Source: an uncultured Desulfurococcales archaeon (GTDB lineage: Archaea; Thermoproteota; Thermoprotei_A; EX4484-217-1). Taken from it: a DNA stretch of 64,000 bases. Below the pieces are notes generated by a model, which made no database searches, was not told the origin of the DNA, and saw nothing but the letters and a program-made list of their open reading frames with translations. Below, in pieces: positions 10,258 through 19,863 of the stretch. Within the stretch, counting starts at the first letter, position 1. Each line of letters begins with the position of its first letter. A program made the translations under genes and the position numbers. The stretch covers positions 1,126 through 65,125 of the forward strand of contig CAZBXI010000001.1 of NCBI GenBank assembly GCA_964496035.1, given 5' to 3'.

Positions 10258-10554
10258 ATGTCTCAGCAAGCACAACCAACTCCAAGTAACGTAGTTTTAG
10301 TCGGTAAAAAACCAGTAATGAACTATGTTCTAGCAACACTAACATTGCTAAATCAGGGAGTAGACGAAGTTGTTGTCAAGGCTAGAGGAAGAGCCATAAG
10401 CAAAGCTGTTGACACAGTTGAGATTGTAAGAAACAGATTTTTAGCAGGACAAGTAGACGTCAAGGACATTAAAATAGGAAGTCAGACAATACAGAGTCCG
10501 GACGGCAGACAGTCAAGAGTTTCAACGATTGAAATAACGATAGTAAGGAAGTAG
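10258..10554 (+). CDS. albA: Chromatin protein Alba
   Basis: [14 protein letters not shown]...[21 protein letters not shown]...SRVSTIEI. Confidence 0.98.
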   Translation: MSQQAQPTPSNVVLVGKKPVMNYVLATLTLLNQGVDEVVVKARGRAISKAVDTVEIVRNRFLAGQVDVKDIKIGSQTIQSPDGRQSRVSTIEITIVRK

Positions 10555-10662
10555 CAGAGAAGACAATGAAGAACAGTATGTGAAGCTAAAATACAACATG
10601 TTTTCTTTTGTCAATGCTTTTTCTCTTAACCTGTTTTTAATAATACCTCTGTAATGCTCTAG

Positions 10663-10986
10663 CTACTCTTCTTCAAAAAGCTCTATTAGTATTCTTGCTT
10701 TAACCTCTTTGCTCTTAAATGGTGGTGGTGTTTCCCCTAAATCTACTGCTAAGAATACAGGATTCCCTAAAGAGTCTTTAAACCTAACTTCAGCAACATA
10801 TTTTTTCCTAGGACCTGCTTCTATAGATTTCATTAGGGCCTCATATATTCTAGAAAGGGCCATTTGTAATGCTATAGGGCTGGTAAAGTCTTCAGGTTTT
10901 AACTGTATTTGAGTAAAGCTTCCTAAAATCTCACCTATTCTAGCTTCACCATGATATATGGCTATTTTCTTTTTCTCTTCTCTCAC
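10663..10986 (-). CDS. Hypothetical protein
   Basis: 107-aa ORF, GTG start with GGTG SD. Confidence 0.75.
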   Translation of the reverse strand: MREEKKKIAIYHGEARIGEILGSFTQIQLKPEDFTSPIALQMALSRIYEALMKSIEAGPRKKYVAEVRFKDSLGNPVFLAVDLGETPPPFKSKEVKARILIELFEEE

Positions 10987-11060
10987 TTGCTTACACCGGG
11001 AAAGCGTGAGCCTAAGAAACCTTAGTTAGTTCTTACTACTTAAATCTTACATATCTTTAT

Positions 11061-11069
11061 GGTATTACC
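11061..11069. promoter_or_regulatory. GTAWTAC palindromic box (candidate RHH/aCcr1-type operator)
   Basis: GGTATTACC in a divergent promoter region; related AGTATTAT at 11074-81. Confidence 0.4.
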
Positions 11070-11132
11070 CTAAAGTATTATCCATTTTCTCATTAACCAA
11101 TACCTCTTTAAGTGTAGTATGGTAGAAACCAA

Positions 11133-11501
11133 TTGATATGGAGGATAATGCTAGTGAACCAAGAAACATGTCCATTTTACAAGTATGGTCAGTGCACTAT
11201 TGTTCCTCCAGAACTAGCTTATACTGTAGTCAACACCTTACGTTGCCGAAAATACTGGAAAACATGCAGATATTATAGGAAAAAGTTAGGATTAAGTAGT
11301 AAAAAAAGAACCGAAGAGAATGAAATACAGAAAAATGTTCCATTAACAAGCTTTTTAGGAAGACCAGAACGTGAAATAGTAGTAACTGCTGAAGTAAGAA
11401 AAATGAATTCAAGAGGTAAAAGAACATTAGAAAAGAAAATGTCTAAAGTTTTTCAAATGCTATTAGCTGAGATGAAAAAGGAGGAGGATTCTCAAGCTTA
11501 A
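11133..11501 (+). CDS. Cys-rich putative zinc-binding protein
   Basis: CPFY...C...C....KTCRYY N-terminal module with a basic tail; start may be the later ATG after GGAGG. Confidence 0.65.
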   Translation: MIWRIMLVNQETCPFYKYGQCTIVPPELAYTVVNTLRCRKYWKTCRYYRKKLGLSSKKRTEENEIQKNVPLTSFLGRPEREIVVTAEVRKMNSRGKRTLEKKMSKVFQMLLAEMKKEEDSQA

Positions 11502-11814
11502 CGATGATTCTTTCACCTACTAGTTGAACTTCACCTTTAATATTAGCACTTCTTATTCTCCTAGAAATTCTAGAGCTAATATACTTAATAAGGTGTTTAG
11601 CAAAAGCTTTCTCCGGTTTAACTACTTTAAACGAGTAATTGTTTATTCTATTTAAAAATCCCATTTTCCATAGTCTCTTTAAATCCTTTATCGCTATTTT
11701 CCTACTTGAAAACAGCTTGAGCACGTCTAATGCTTCACCTATGTTAAATTCTTTCTCTCCAAATATGGAGTAAAGTATTAGATATGTTGAGAGAAGTCTT
11801 TTATTAAGCTTCAA
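11443..11814 (-). CDS. Hypothetical winged-helix-like protein
   Basis: FNIGEALDVL...DLKRLWKMGFL..INNYSFKV wHTH-like pattern. Confidence 0.6.
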   Translation of the reverse strand: MKLNKRLLSTYLILYSIFGEKEFNIGEALDVLKLFSSRKIAIKDLKRLWKMGFLNRINNYSFKVVKPEKAFAKHLIKYISSRISRRIRSANIKGEVQLVGERIIVKLENPPPFSSQLIAFEKL

Positions 11815-11822
11815 GGTGAAAC

Positions 11823-11886
11823 ACGCTCAGAGCCCGGTTTCCTATCATAACTATGAATTCAACCCTTACGAGCTTCATCATAGCGT
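11823..11886 (-). ncRNA. Box C/D guide sRNA, probably tRNA-targeting
   Basis: Minus strand: ACGC-T-ATGATGA-AGCTCGTAAGGG-TTGA...ATGATAG-GAAACCGGGCT-CTGA-GCGT, with ACGC/GCGT terminal stem. Confidence 0.85.
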
Positions 11887-11924
11887 TTTACTTCACCGTC
11901 TAATTTAAGTATACTTATACATTG

Positions 11925-12911
11925 CTAGATAAGTCGTTCGTACTTAAATAAAGCCACTTTCACTTTCTCATGAGAAGCTGAAAGCAAAGCCCTGCCCATA
12001 CCTTCGGTGTTGAAAGCTGAACCTATATACCCGCGTACATCTACTATTATGAGGCCGGCAGTATTTTCTCCGAAGATATTAGTTACATAGTCTATACTTC
12101 TAGAAGCTGCTTTGAACGCTGGTAACCCGTTTTCAACAAGTTCTACGGCTCTTCTACAGAGACCTGTGATTAATATGTATTCTCCTATTCCAGAAGCTGA
12201 AGCAGCAGCTACATTGTTAGCGTAGAAACCTGCTCCAACTATAGGTGAATCCCCTATTCTACCAGGTAATTTTAACCAGTAACCACCAGTTGAAGTAGCT
12301 GCTGCAAGCTTTCCATCTCTATCTAGGGCTACGGCACCAACAGTTTCGGGGATTAGCTCCCCTACTTTCTCCAGTAGCTTTCTTAGTCTCTGTAAATGCT
12401 TAACTTCTCCTCTAAGCAGCTTTGAGTAGAGTTCATTATACCTCTTGACTTTACTAACATATTGTGGATGCTGTTTAAAATCCCATGTTTTTAGGCCTAA
12501 TTTTATACCTAATTCTTCTATGAAATTTCCAGCTAAGAGAATGTGATCCGTTTTTTCCATAACTACCCTAGCTAAAAGTATAGGGTTTTTAATTTTCTTA
12601 ACTAAGGTAACTCCACCTACTCTCAAAGTGGAACCATCCATAATTCCGGCGTCCATTTCCACTTCCTTATGAATGTTAAGTACTGACCCCACACCAGCAT
12701 TCATGAACCCGCAGTCCTCCATGGTCTTTACAGCTTCAACAACACCATCTACAGCCCCACCCGTTAATAGGGCTCTAAACCCATTTTCTGCAGCATCTTT
12801 TAAGCATAATTTGTAATCCTTAAGTTGCTTATTTCTTAACCTCCCCGCACCACCGTGAACAAGAATTATTGGCTTTTTAAAAGGCCTCATATAATAAGCC
12901 ATTTTCCTCAA
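11925..12911 (-). CDS. Isoaspartyl peptidase / L-asparaginase (Ntn hydrolase)
   Basis: VHGGAG, NAGVGS, EMDA, nucleophile ETVGAVA, TSTGG, GRIGDSP. Confidence 0.95.
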   Translation of the reverse strand: MRKMAYYMRPFKKPIILVHGGAGRLRNKQLKDYKLCLKDAAENGFRALLTGGAVDGVVEAVKTMEDCGFMNAGVGSVLNIHKEVEMDAGIMDGSTLRVGGVTLVKKIKNPILLARVVMEKTDHILLAGNFIEELGIKLGLKTWDFKQHPQYVSKVKRYNELYSKLLRGEVKHLQRLRKLLEKVGELIPETVGAVALDRDGKLAAATSTGGYWLKLPGRIGDSPIVGAGFYANNVAAASASGIGEYILITGLCRRAVELVENGLPAFKAASRSIDYVTNIFGENTAGLIIVDVRGYIGSAFNTEGMGRALLSASHEKVKVALFKYERLI

Positions 12912-12977
12912 CTCCTCTTAGCCTTTTCTTAAACAAAATTTTAAAACTTGTTCTTAAACCTATCATAGGGAAGAATA

Positions 12978-13778
12978 TTGCGCTACTATGCTATTATCCT
13001 TATACCTACGGAAATTAATTATCAAAATAGTATGATATCTGTCATGAAAACTTTAGGAGAGATATTTAATGCAGGATACGAGATTTTTTACTCCTTAGAG
13101 CCATTTACGCTTAAAGTTAAGGAAACAGTAATGCAAGATGTTAATAAATGGTTCAGGCGATGCTTTGGAGTAAACACTTTCATAATCCCTGTAGTTGATG
13201 AAAATGACCTAGACTACATGTTTGAAACCTCAGAAAGACATGGTATAAACATAGCATATACCTACGAAAGGTTATGGATCAAGGGTAGAAAATTAAAAAC
13301 GTACTGCATAAACGCGTTAGAAAACGTTCCTTTAGAAATAGTGAACATGCTTATAAGCATGGGATTTAATGTATGTAGAAATGAAAAATACCCTGCTATA
13401 ATGGGATTTGAAGACTTGCTACTTTTTTCTAAGAAACCTGAAGTCCGTATTGAAGACTATGCTATCTCAAAAACCAAGGTTTATGTGGAAAGCGTTCGTA
13501 CTTTAAAACCTTGGCACACATTAACGTATGGGGTGGAATTCAATGAAGTATATAAGGACCTTGTAAATGTAGAAGAGGAACTATATGAAGTCAATAACAA
13601 TATTTTTCTCGAGAAATTAGTCATTGTAAACGATAAATACCCTATACTTACCTTAAACGTTCAGGACGATACCATACTGCTGTATACGAAAGGGCTACGA
13701 AACAATATATATCTTGAAAAACTTCTCTCAAATATTCTTGCCTATATTTCTAGCGATTACGTTAAATTACATCTTTAA
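12978..13778 (+). CDS. Hypothetical protein
   Basis: 266-aa ORF with no recognised motif. Confidence 0.65.
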   Translation: MRYYAIILIPTEINYQNSMISVMKTLGEIFNAGYEIFYSLEPFTLKVKETVMQDVNKWFRRCFGVNTFIIPVVDENDLDYMFETSERHGINIAYTYERLWIKGRKLKTYCINALENVPLEIVNMLISMGFNVCRNEKYPAIMGFEDLLLFSKKPEVRIEDYAISKTKVYVESVRTLKPWHTLTYGVEFNEVYKDLVNVEEELYEVNNNIFLEKLVIVNDKYPILTLNVQDDTILLYTKGLRNNIYLEKLLSNILAYISSDYVKLHL

Positions 13779-13798
13779 CTAAATTATAAATGTTAAAA

Positions 13799-13811
13799 TA
13801 GGTATTACCTA
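13799..13811. promoter_or_regulatory. Palindrome TAGGTATTACCTA (GTAWTAC box) just downstream of a TATA box
   Basis: 13-bp odd palindrome about 10 bp downstream of TTATAAA in the promoter of ORF 13839. Confidence 0.5.
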
Positions 13812-13838
13812 AAATTAGTATTCTGAAAGGGTGACATA

Positions 13839-14306
13839 TTGTCGGAAATAGACCCGCTATTTCTGAAGTACATTAACAGTCAACGTGTAAGAATATTGAA
13901 ATATATTATGCTTGGCATAAACGATATCGATGATTTATCACATCTAATGTTAACAGGTAAGAATGTTATTAAAAGACATGCTAAACTACTTGAAACTATA
14001 GGCTTATTAAATATCAAATGTAATACCTTAGAACTAAATAAAACACCGAGAAATCTTGCTTTGCTTTACTGTATTGGTGTAATTGATGAGAAGGATTTCT
14101 TCAAAATGACATACGAGTACATATTATCGATAATAGAAAAATGTGATAGGAGAATAGGTGCCGAAGATGTTAACGTCTATTTCTCTGGTGATGGAGGATT
14201 ACTTATAGAAACAGTGGGAAAGCTAGATGAGAATATGAGAAGTAAGATTGCTGAGAAAATACTTAAAGAGCTTAGCTTCACATATATTCATTTCAAGCAG
14301 GGATGA
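13839..14306 (+). CDS. Putative ArsR-like HTH protein
   Basis: RVRILKYI...DDLSHLM....VIKRHAKLLETIGLL wHTH pattern; GGGTGA SD. Confidence 0.6.
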   Translation: MSEIDPLFLKYINSQRVRILKYIMLGINDIDDLSHLMLTGKNVIKRHAKLLETIGLLNIKCNTLELNKTPRNLALLYCIGVIDEKDFFKMTYEYILSIIEKCDRRIGAEDVNVYFSGDGGLLIETVGKLDENMRSKIAEKILKELSFTYIHFKQG

Positions 14307-14354
14307 TGAGAGAAATTAGCGGAATATTGATGTCGTTCACCGACCTCTCTGACC
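14300..14354 (+). ncRNA. Box C/D guide sRNA candidate overlapping two gene ends
   Basis: C ATGATGA 14303-09, D' CGGA 14320-23, C' TTGATGT 14327-33, D CTGA 14349-52. Confidence 0.6.
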
Positions 14355-14597
14355 ATGCTTACTTATATGGGGTTGCGTTATCCTTCTCCTATATCCTCTC
14401 ACATTTGTTATTACACGCACTATGATTAAATCTTTAGTTTTCCTAGGGCTTGGCCACAGTTTCCACTTACATATGCCACATATCCTAGCCTTGAACTTTT
14501 TACCTCTCTTAGTATCTCTTATCTCAACAAGCCAACGGGCTCTGTGATTTCTACATAATTCACAGTCTTTCCTTGCCATGCTTGAACACGTCTTCAC
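14337..14597 (-). CDS. Small basic zinc-finger protein
   Basis: CELC...CGIC, Arg/Lys-rich tail. Confidence 0.75.
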   Translation of the reverse strand: MKTCSSMARKDCELCRNHRARWLVEIRDTKRGKKFKARICGICKWKLWPSPRKTKDLIIVRVITNVRGYRRRITQPHISKHGQRGR

Positions 14598-14668
14598 TTA
14601 CTTACTACAGTATTTTGTGGAATAATATTTTAAACGGTTTTCCTTAGTTCTACATAGAGGTTTAGGTC

Positions 14669-15211
14669 ATGGTAGAACCTAGATTTAACCTTATAGTAAC
14701 CACATATGCTTTAAGGGAGGAAGCAGCTATCGAAGAATTAACACAGTATATTGGAGGAGTATATGTTGTTTGGAAGCAAAGATCTCTTGTCCTAATTAGA
14801 GCTACGCGAATGGACCCTTATGAAGCAGTTAAAACTATCAGAGAACAGATTGATCCAAGGTATACTAACATACTTAGAGTCATACCGATAGATATTGTAT
14901 ATTCTCCAGTACTTGAAGACGTAGCTAAGATAATCTGGGATCTAGTAGATGAGAAAATAAAGCCTGATGAAACGTTTAGGATTACCCTAGAAGGCCATTT
15001 ATTTAAAGTAACTGAAGAAGGCAATCTTATTGAAGCTCGTAGTAGAGAATCTATAGACTATATTGCTAAAAACATTGACAGAAAAGTGAACTTAAAAAAA
15101 CCTGATAAGGTTGTCTACATAAAGGTCGTTAGAGTAGCAGGAAAACCTTACGCCGCTGTATCGATATGTAAGCCGGAAGATATTATTTCAACACAGAAAA
15201 TGGCTAAGTAG
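14669..15211 (+). CDS. THUMP-domain RNA-binding protein (Tan1-like)
   Basis: ILRVIPID, TFRITL, KVNLKKPDKVVYI. Confidence 0.9.
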   Translation: MVEPRFNLIVTTYALREEAAIEELTQYIGGVYVVWKQRSLVLIRATRMDPYEAVKTIREQIDPRYTNILRVIPIDIVYSPVLEDVAKIIWDLVDEKIKPDETFRITLEGHLFKVTEEGNLIEARSRESIDYIAKNIDRKVNLKKPDKVVYIKVVRVAGKPYAAVSICKPEDIISTQKMAK

Positions 15212-15216
15212 CTTAG

Positions 15217-16842
15217 CTACTTGAAAAGTAACTCCGAAAGATCAAAACTTTTTCTCCGTCTCGACTGGAATTCTTCAAGAGTCCCTTTAACTATTATTTC
15301 ATAGAGTCTTGCCTCTTTACCTTTAGACGGTCTTAGTAGCCTACCAAGTCTCTGTATAAACTGTCTTCTAGAACCAGTACCTGTAACTATAATTCCGACA
15401 TTAGCATCTGGTATATCTAATCCTTCATCACCTACCGTGGTAACCACTAATACTCGAGTTTTGCCCTCTTTAAAATTTCTCAAAATTTCTTGTCTTTTTC
15501 TAGTTTCAGTTTCGCCTATCAGTATGGGTGCATTAAGGAGTTTACCGAGTTCTTTTGCTTGATCCACATACTGTGTAAAAACTATTATTTTACTACTTTT
15601 CTTAAGTTCTAAATCAACTATTTTCCTAACTACTTTATTTTTACTTTTAGACTTATGTACTATTTGCCTTAACTTACTATGTATTCTTAACGCATTCTGC
15701 GCTCTTATGTCTCCTCTTCTAGCTTTTTCCAGTACCATTTCAAATTTCTCCCCACCGCTTAGCTCTTTATACACCTTGTACAGCTCTCTATATTCTTTAT
15801 ATTCATCCGGCGTTAACGTTACCTCAATGGGATATATTATGTAAGGTGCTAAGTATCCTTTTATTGCAAGGTCTGATGGAGACTTATAGTAAACTACGCC
15901 ACCCATTAACGGGAAAAGTTCTTCATGTTTTCCATCTTCTCTTACTACAGTAGCAGATAATCCCATTCTTTTAGGAGCAAAAGAGTTTATAGCTATGTAT
16001 TTAAATTTGTCCGAAGGCAAATGATGTACTTCATCGATAATTAGAAATGAAAAATACTTTGTTAAAACATCTATATGCCTATAGGCTGTTTGGTATGTAG
16101 AAATAGTTATGGGGGAAAGCCTTTTTTCCTCACCATAATATAAGCCTATGTATTCTTTTTTAACATCTGTGAATTTAACTATCATGTCTTGCCATTGAAA
16201 CATTTGTTCTTTAGTATAGGTTACTATGAGTGTTCTTTCAGAGAGCTTAGTTATAGCGGCTATGGCTATGATGGTTTTTCCTGCGCCAGTTGGTAAGGCA
16301 ATAACGCCTTTAGCCCCTTTACTAAGCCATGTGTTTAGTGCTTCCTCCTGATAATCTCTTAAAGAAACGTTAAGTTTAATGTTGAAAGGGAGTTTTAGAG
16401 AGTCAGATAAACCTGTTTCATCAATTACTCTTAGTCCGAGCTCGTTGAGTTTCTTTTTAAGCTCAAAGAAATATATTGGCTTTACATATATCTTCCTTAA
16501 ACGCCTATCATAGGTGACAAAGTCCCTGATTTCGTTGAATTTCTCCCCTAGATAGATGTGTGTTTGAAGAAGAACTCTATTTTGATCCCAAACTAGCCTT
16601 ATTGTTCTCTTCGCTAAAATACGTTCCTTAATTCTCTCTAATATCCTTTCATCAAGTATTATGCCTACGTCCTCTAATATGGAAATCACATCTTCGTACT
16701 CTAGGTTGTTTTTATGTATTTTATTGAAGTTTATAACAAACTTTGCTCCTCTACTTGTTCGACCTAGGTAGTCTGCTATAGTAAGTAGTTTCTCATAGTC
16801 TTCTTTATCTAACCACTTTTTTACTTCGAAGTATGTTGACAA
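15217..16842 (-). CDS. xpb: XPB/Rad25-like helicase (long crenarchaeal XPB1 type)
   Basis: LRDYQ, LPTGAGKT, DEVHH, SAT..RED, EGLD, QRLGRLLR. Confidence 0.92.
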   Translation of the reverse strand: MSTYFEVKKWLDKEDYEKLLTIADYLGRTSRGAKFVINFNKIHKNNLEYEDVISILEDVGIILDERILERIKERILAKRTIRLVWDQNRVLLQTHIYLGEKFNEIRDFVTYDRRLRKIYVKPIYFFELKKKLNELGLRVIDETGLSDSLKLPFNIKLNVSLRDYQEEALNTWLSKGAKGVIALPTGAGKTIIAIAAITKLSERTLIVTYTKEQMFQWQDMIVKFTDVKKEYIGLYYGEEKRLSPITISTYQTAYRHIDVLTKYFSFLIIDEVHHLPSDKFKYIAINSFAPKRMGLSATVVREDGKHEELFPLMGGVVYYKSPSDLAIKGYLAPYIIYPIEVTLTPDEYKEYRELYKVYKELSGGEKFEMVLEKARRGDIRAQNALRIHSKLRQIVHKSKSKNKVVRKIVDLELKKSSKIIVFTQYVDQAKELGKLLNAPILIGETETRKRQEILRNFKEGKTRVLVVTTVGDEGLDIPDANVGIIVTGTGSRRQFIQRLGRLLRPSKGKEARLYEIIVKGTLEEFQSRRRKSFDLSELLFK

Positions 16843-16849
16843 CGCTCTT

Positions 16850-17308
16850 TCACTCCATATAATCGTATCCTATGATCATAGTTTTTCCAGATACTTCTAT
16901 TCCTACCTCTCTTAATGCCATAATGATATTTTTAATGACATTACCTATGTCTTTTAAACTTAATAGGTTTACTTCAATATATACGCTATCTCTGCTTTCT
17001 CTATAAAATGTGAGGTTTTTTAATACGTTACTTCTCTTTAAACTTGCTAGCACGTTGCTCCATGTTATTCCTCGCTTCTCTATAACGCTTTTATTTAAAA
17101 TAACCTTTATTCCATGGACGATAACGTTTTCCTTCGTCAAAACATCTATTTCAACGCTCAGCGAAATTAAGGGTTCTGTAGAGAAGAAAAACTCCAAGTA
17201 CCTACTACCTCTATGTATTGCTTCTTCAAAAGCCCAAAGTATGTAGTAATCTTTAGGTACATATTCTTTTAATGCACTTTTAATTTCCTTTACTGAGGTT
17301 CTTAACAT
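16850..17308 (-). CDS. Hypothetical protein upstream of xpb
   Basis: 152-aa ORF, 7 bp from the xpb start, same strand. Confidence 0.65.
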   Translation of the reverse strand: MLRTSVKEIKSALKEYVPKDYYILWAFEEAIHRGSRYLEFFFSTEPLISLSVEIDVLTKENVIVHGIKVILNKSVIEKRGITWSNVLASLKRSNVLKNLTFYRESRDSVYIEVNLLSLKDIGNVIKNIIMALREVGIEVSGKTMIIGYDYME

Positions 17309-17386
17309 AGTTTATTCCAAATTATATAGTTTAACCTAAAACTTTATCTGGTTCTTGATATTTTTAAAACTTTGGAGTGAAATATA

Positions 17387-17983
17387 TTGATAATTAAGCT
17401 CGTTGGCTGCTTAGAATATGTTGAAAATCTTGAGAAAGAGTACAATAAGCTTTTAGAAAAGGTTAACATGGAATTAGAGAAAAAGGGCGTTAAAGCACGT
17501 GTTTCCTTGGTAAAAAATATAAGGAATGTTGATGGGAAAATTTTTGTAAAGTATCTTGGTACGAGGATTAAGATTTTTGGCGAAGTCGATGTTTCTCAAA
17601 TAACTTTACCTTCACGCTTTCCTCTAGATGGCTTCGAATACGTTATTGAAAAAGGCACTATGCTCTGTTCTTATAAGGTATTTAGAAAGTTCGCTAACAT
17701 GCTAAAACAATGTAGGGTTATTATTAGTCTTGATAACGTTAGAGATAAAATTATTGAAGAAATAATGGGAGAGGCATATAGGGTTAAAGAATACTACAGT
17801 AAACTACTTAAAGCCCCAGTAAATTGGGTTCCTCTAATAAAAACAGGTATTTTAAGAAAGACATCAAAAACATTAAATATTAACTATGAAGATCTTATCG
17901 ACTACCTAGCTTACCTAAGAGATAAAGGTGTAGTAAAAATAATGTTCGGTGAAAAAGGAGAACTCTGGTTGCAAGTGCTTTAA
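17387..17983 (+). CDS. Hypothetical protein with C-terminal wHTH-like segment
   Basis: 198 aa; GGAGTGA SD; LNINYEDLIDYLAYLRDKGVVK. Confidence 0.65.
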   Translation: MIIKLVGCLEYVENLEKEYNKLLEKVNMELEKKGVKARVSLVKNIRNVDGKIFVKYLGTRIKIFGEVDVSQITLPSRFPLDGFEYVIEKGTMLCSYKVFRKFANMLKQCRVIISLDNVRDKIIEEIMGEAYRVKEYYSKLLKAPVNWVPLIKTGILRKTSKTLNINYEDLIDYLAYLRDKGVVKIMFGEKGELWLQVL

Positions 17984-18081
17984 ATTAATTCCATAAACCT
18001 GAACTACCGCTTGTTACTTTAGCTAGTCCTAATATTCTTAAGTCTGTATTTTTACCACTTATCCTAGAGTGTGCGATAGAA

Positions 18082-18375
18082 ATGCAAGTAGGCCGAAGCA
18101 GCGAAAAACTACTTGAACACCTATCATGGCTTGCAAGAGTAAAACTTACAAGAAGAGAGAAGGAGTTATTAGTTAAGGATATAGCCAAAATTATAGATTT
18201 CTTTAATAAGTTAAGCGAAGCTAATGTTGAAAATATTGAACCCACAACACACGTTATTGAACTAGTCAATGCATTAAGAGAAGATATTCCACGTAAACCC
18301 ATGGAATCAGGCGAAGCTTTAGCAAATGCCCCTTCAAAAGAGGATAACTTCTTTAAGGCACCAAGAATACTATAG
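18082..18375 (+). CDS. gatC: Asp-tRNA(Asn) amidotransferase subunit C
   Basis: HLSWLAR...LREDIP...NAP...FFKAPRIL; adjacent to gatA. Confidence 0.95.
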   Translation: MQVGRSSEKLLEHLSWLARVKLTRREKELLVKDIAKIIDFFNKLSEANVENIEPTTHVIELVNALREDIPRKPMESGEALANAPSKEDNFFKAPRIL

Positions 18376-19854
18376 GTGATTATGGTGACCTTGTTTTCTA
18401 AACCAGCTTACATGTTAAAAGAAGAAATAATTTCTGAAAGCGTATCCATAGTGGATTTAGTATGCAAACTTTATGAAAGAGTACGTAAGCTTGACCCTAT
18501 AATTAACGCTTTCATAACATTAAGAAGTGAAGATGAAGTTATTAGAGAAGCAGAGAGGAAGGAAAAGGAGGTTAAAAAAGGAAAAGCTAAGGGACTACTA
18601 TTTGGCATACCTATTGCAGTCAAAGACAACATATCAACTAAAGGTATTAGGACTACATGTGGTTCTAAAATATTAGAAAACTACGTTCCTCCTTATGATG
18701 CTTCCGTAATTAAGTTCCTTAAAGATGAAGGAGCCATTATTATTGGTAAAACAAACATGGATGAATTTGCTATGGGCTCTTCTACTGAAACAAGCTATTT
18801 CGGCCCAACAAGGAATCCATGGGATTTAGAAAGAGTTCCAGGAGGTTCTTCGGGAGGAAGTGCAGCAGCATTAGCTGCAGGGCTTGCTCCTATTGCTTTA
18901 GGCTCAGACACTGGTGGCTCTGTTAGGTGCCCAGCAGCCTTTACTGCTACGGTGGGTTTAAAACCTACTTACGGTTTGGTAAGCAGATATGGTTTAATAG
19001 CTTATGCTAATAGCCTTGAACAAATAGGTCCTATGGCTAGGAATGTGACTGATATCGCTTTACTTTTAAACGTTATTTCAAGGTACGATGAGAACGATGG
19101 CACATCTATACCCGGTAAGAGACCCGACTATGTGTACTCCGCAATCAATCCCTATGATTTCAAGGAGCATTTAAAGGTAGGGATTGTTTCTGAAATGTTT
19201 GGTGAAGGAGTATCTGAAGATGTGAAGAAGTCTGTTTTAAGGGTCCTTGATAAGGTTTCAGGCGAAGGCGTGGAGATTGATGAGATAAGTTTGCCCTCTC
19301 TAAAATATGCTCTACCAGCATACTACATCATAGCTATGTCTGAAGCCAGTTCTAACCTCGCCAGATACGATGGTGTAAGATACGGGTTCAGAGCTAATAC
19401 TGATGGAGATTGGAATAAAGTATATATGGAAACTAGAGCAGAAGGTTTTGGGTTAGAGGTAAAACGTAGGATAATAATGGGAACATTTGCTCTAAGCGCA
19501 GGTTACTTTGACCAATACTACTTAAGAGCTCTTAAAGTAAGAACGCTTATATTAAACGATTTTAGAAGAGCCTTTAAACGATTCCATATTCTCGTAAGCC
19601 CGACAATGCCAATATTACCCTTCAGGATAGGTGAGAAGATAAAAGACCCGTTAGCCATGTACATGTGCGATATTGAAACAGTTCCTGCAAACCTTGCAGG
19701 TATACCGGCTATATCTATACCAGCAGGTTTTGTAAACAATTTACCTGTAGGTCTACAGCTTATGTCGAGACCGCTAAGCGAAGATTTACTGCTTAAAGTA
19801 AGTAAAATGTTCGAAGACAAGATAGGGTTAAAGGATTTAATTGCACCATTATGA
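18376..19854 (+). CDS. gatA: Amidotransferase subunit A
   Basis: Amidase signature GGSSGGS, GSDTGGS, EASSNLARYDG. Confidence 0.98.
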   Translation: MIMVTLFSKPAYMLKEEIISESVSIVDLVCKLYERVRKLDPIINAFITLRSEDEVIREAERKEKEVKKGKAKGLLFGIPIAVKDNISTKGIRTTCGSKILENYVPPYDASVIKFLKDEGAIIIGKTNMDEFAMGSSTETSYFGPTRNPWDLERVPGGSSGGSAAALAAGLAPIALGSDTGGSVRCPAAFTATVGLKPTYGLVSRYGLIAYANSLEQIGPMARNVTDIALLLNVISRYDENDGTSIPGKRPDYVYSAINPYDFKEHLKVGIVSEMFGEGVSEDVKKSVLRVLDKVSGEGVEIDEISLPSLKYALPAYYIIAMSEASSNLARYDGVRYGFRANTDGDWNKVYMETRAEGFGLEVKRRIIMGTFALSAGYFDQYYLRALKVRTLILNDFRRAFKRFHILVSPTMPILPFRIGEKIKDPLAMYMCDIETVPANLAGIPAISIPAGFVNNLPVGLQLMSRPLSEDLLLKVSKMFEDKIGLKDLIAPL

Positions 19855-19863
19855 GGTGTAACT

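Noticed and set aside
10534..10589. Possible C/D sRNA at the alba 3' end (ATAACGA...CAGA...ATGAAGA...CTAA)
   Set aside because: Spacing fits, but all four boxes deviate, the terminal D lacks GA and there is no terminal stem
10989..11025. Two small hairpins in the leader of ORF 10663-10986
   Set aside because: Stems of 5-6 bp only, within chance expectation
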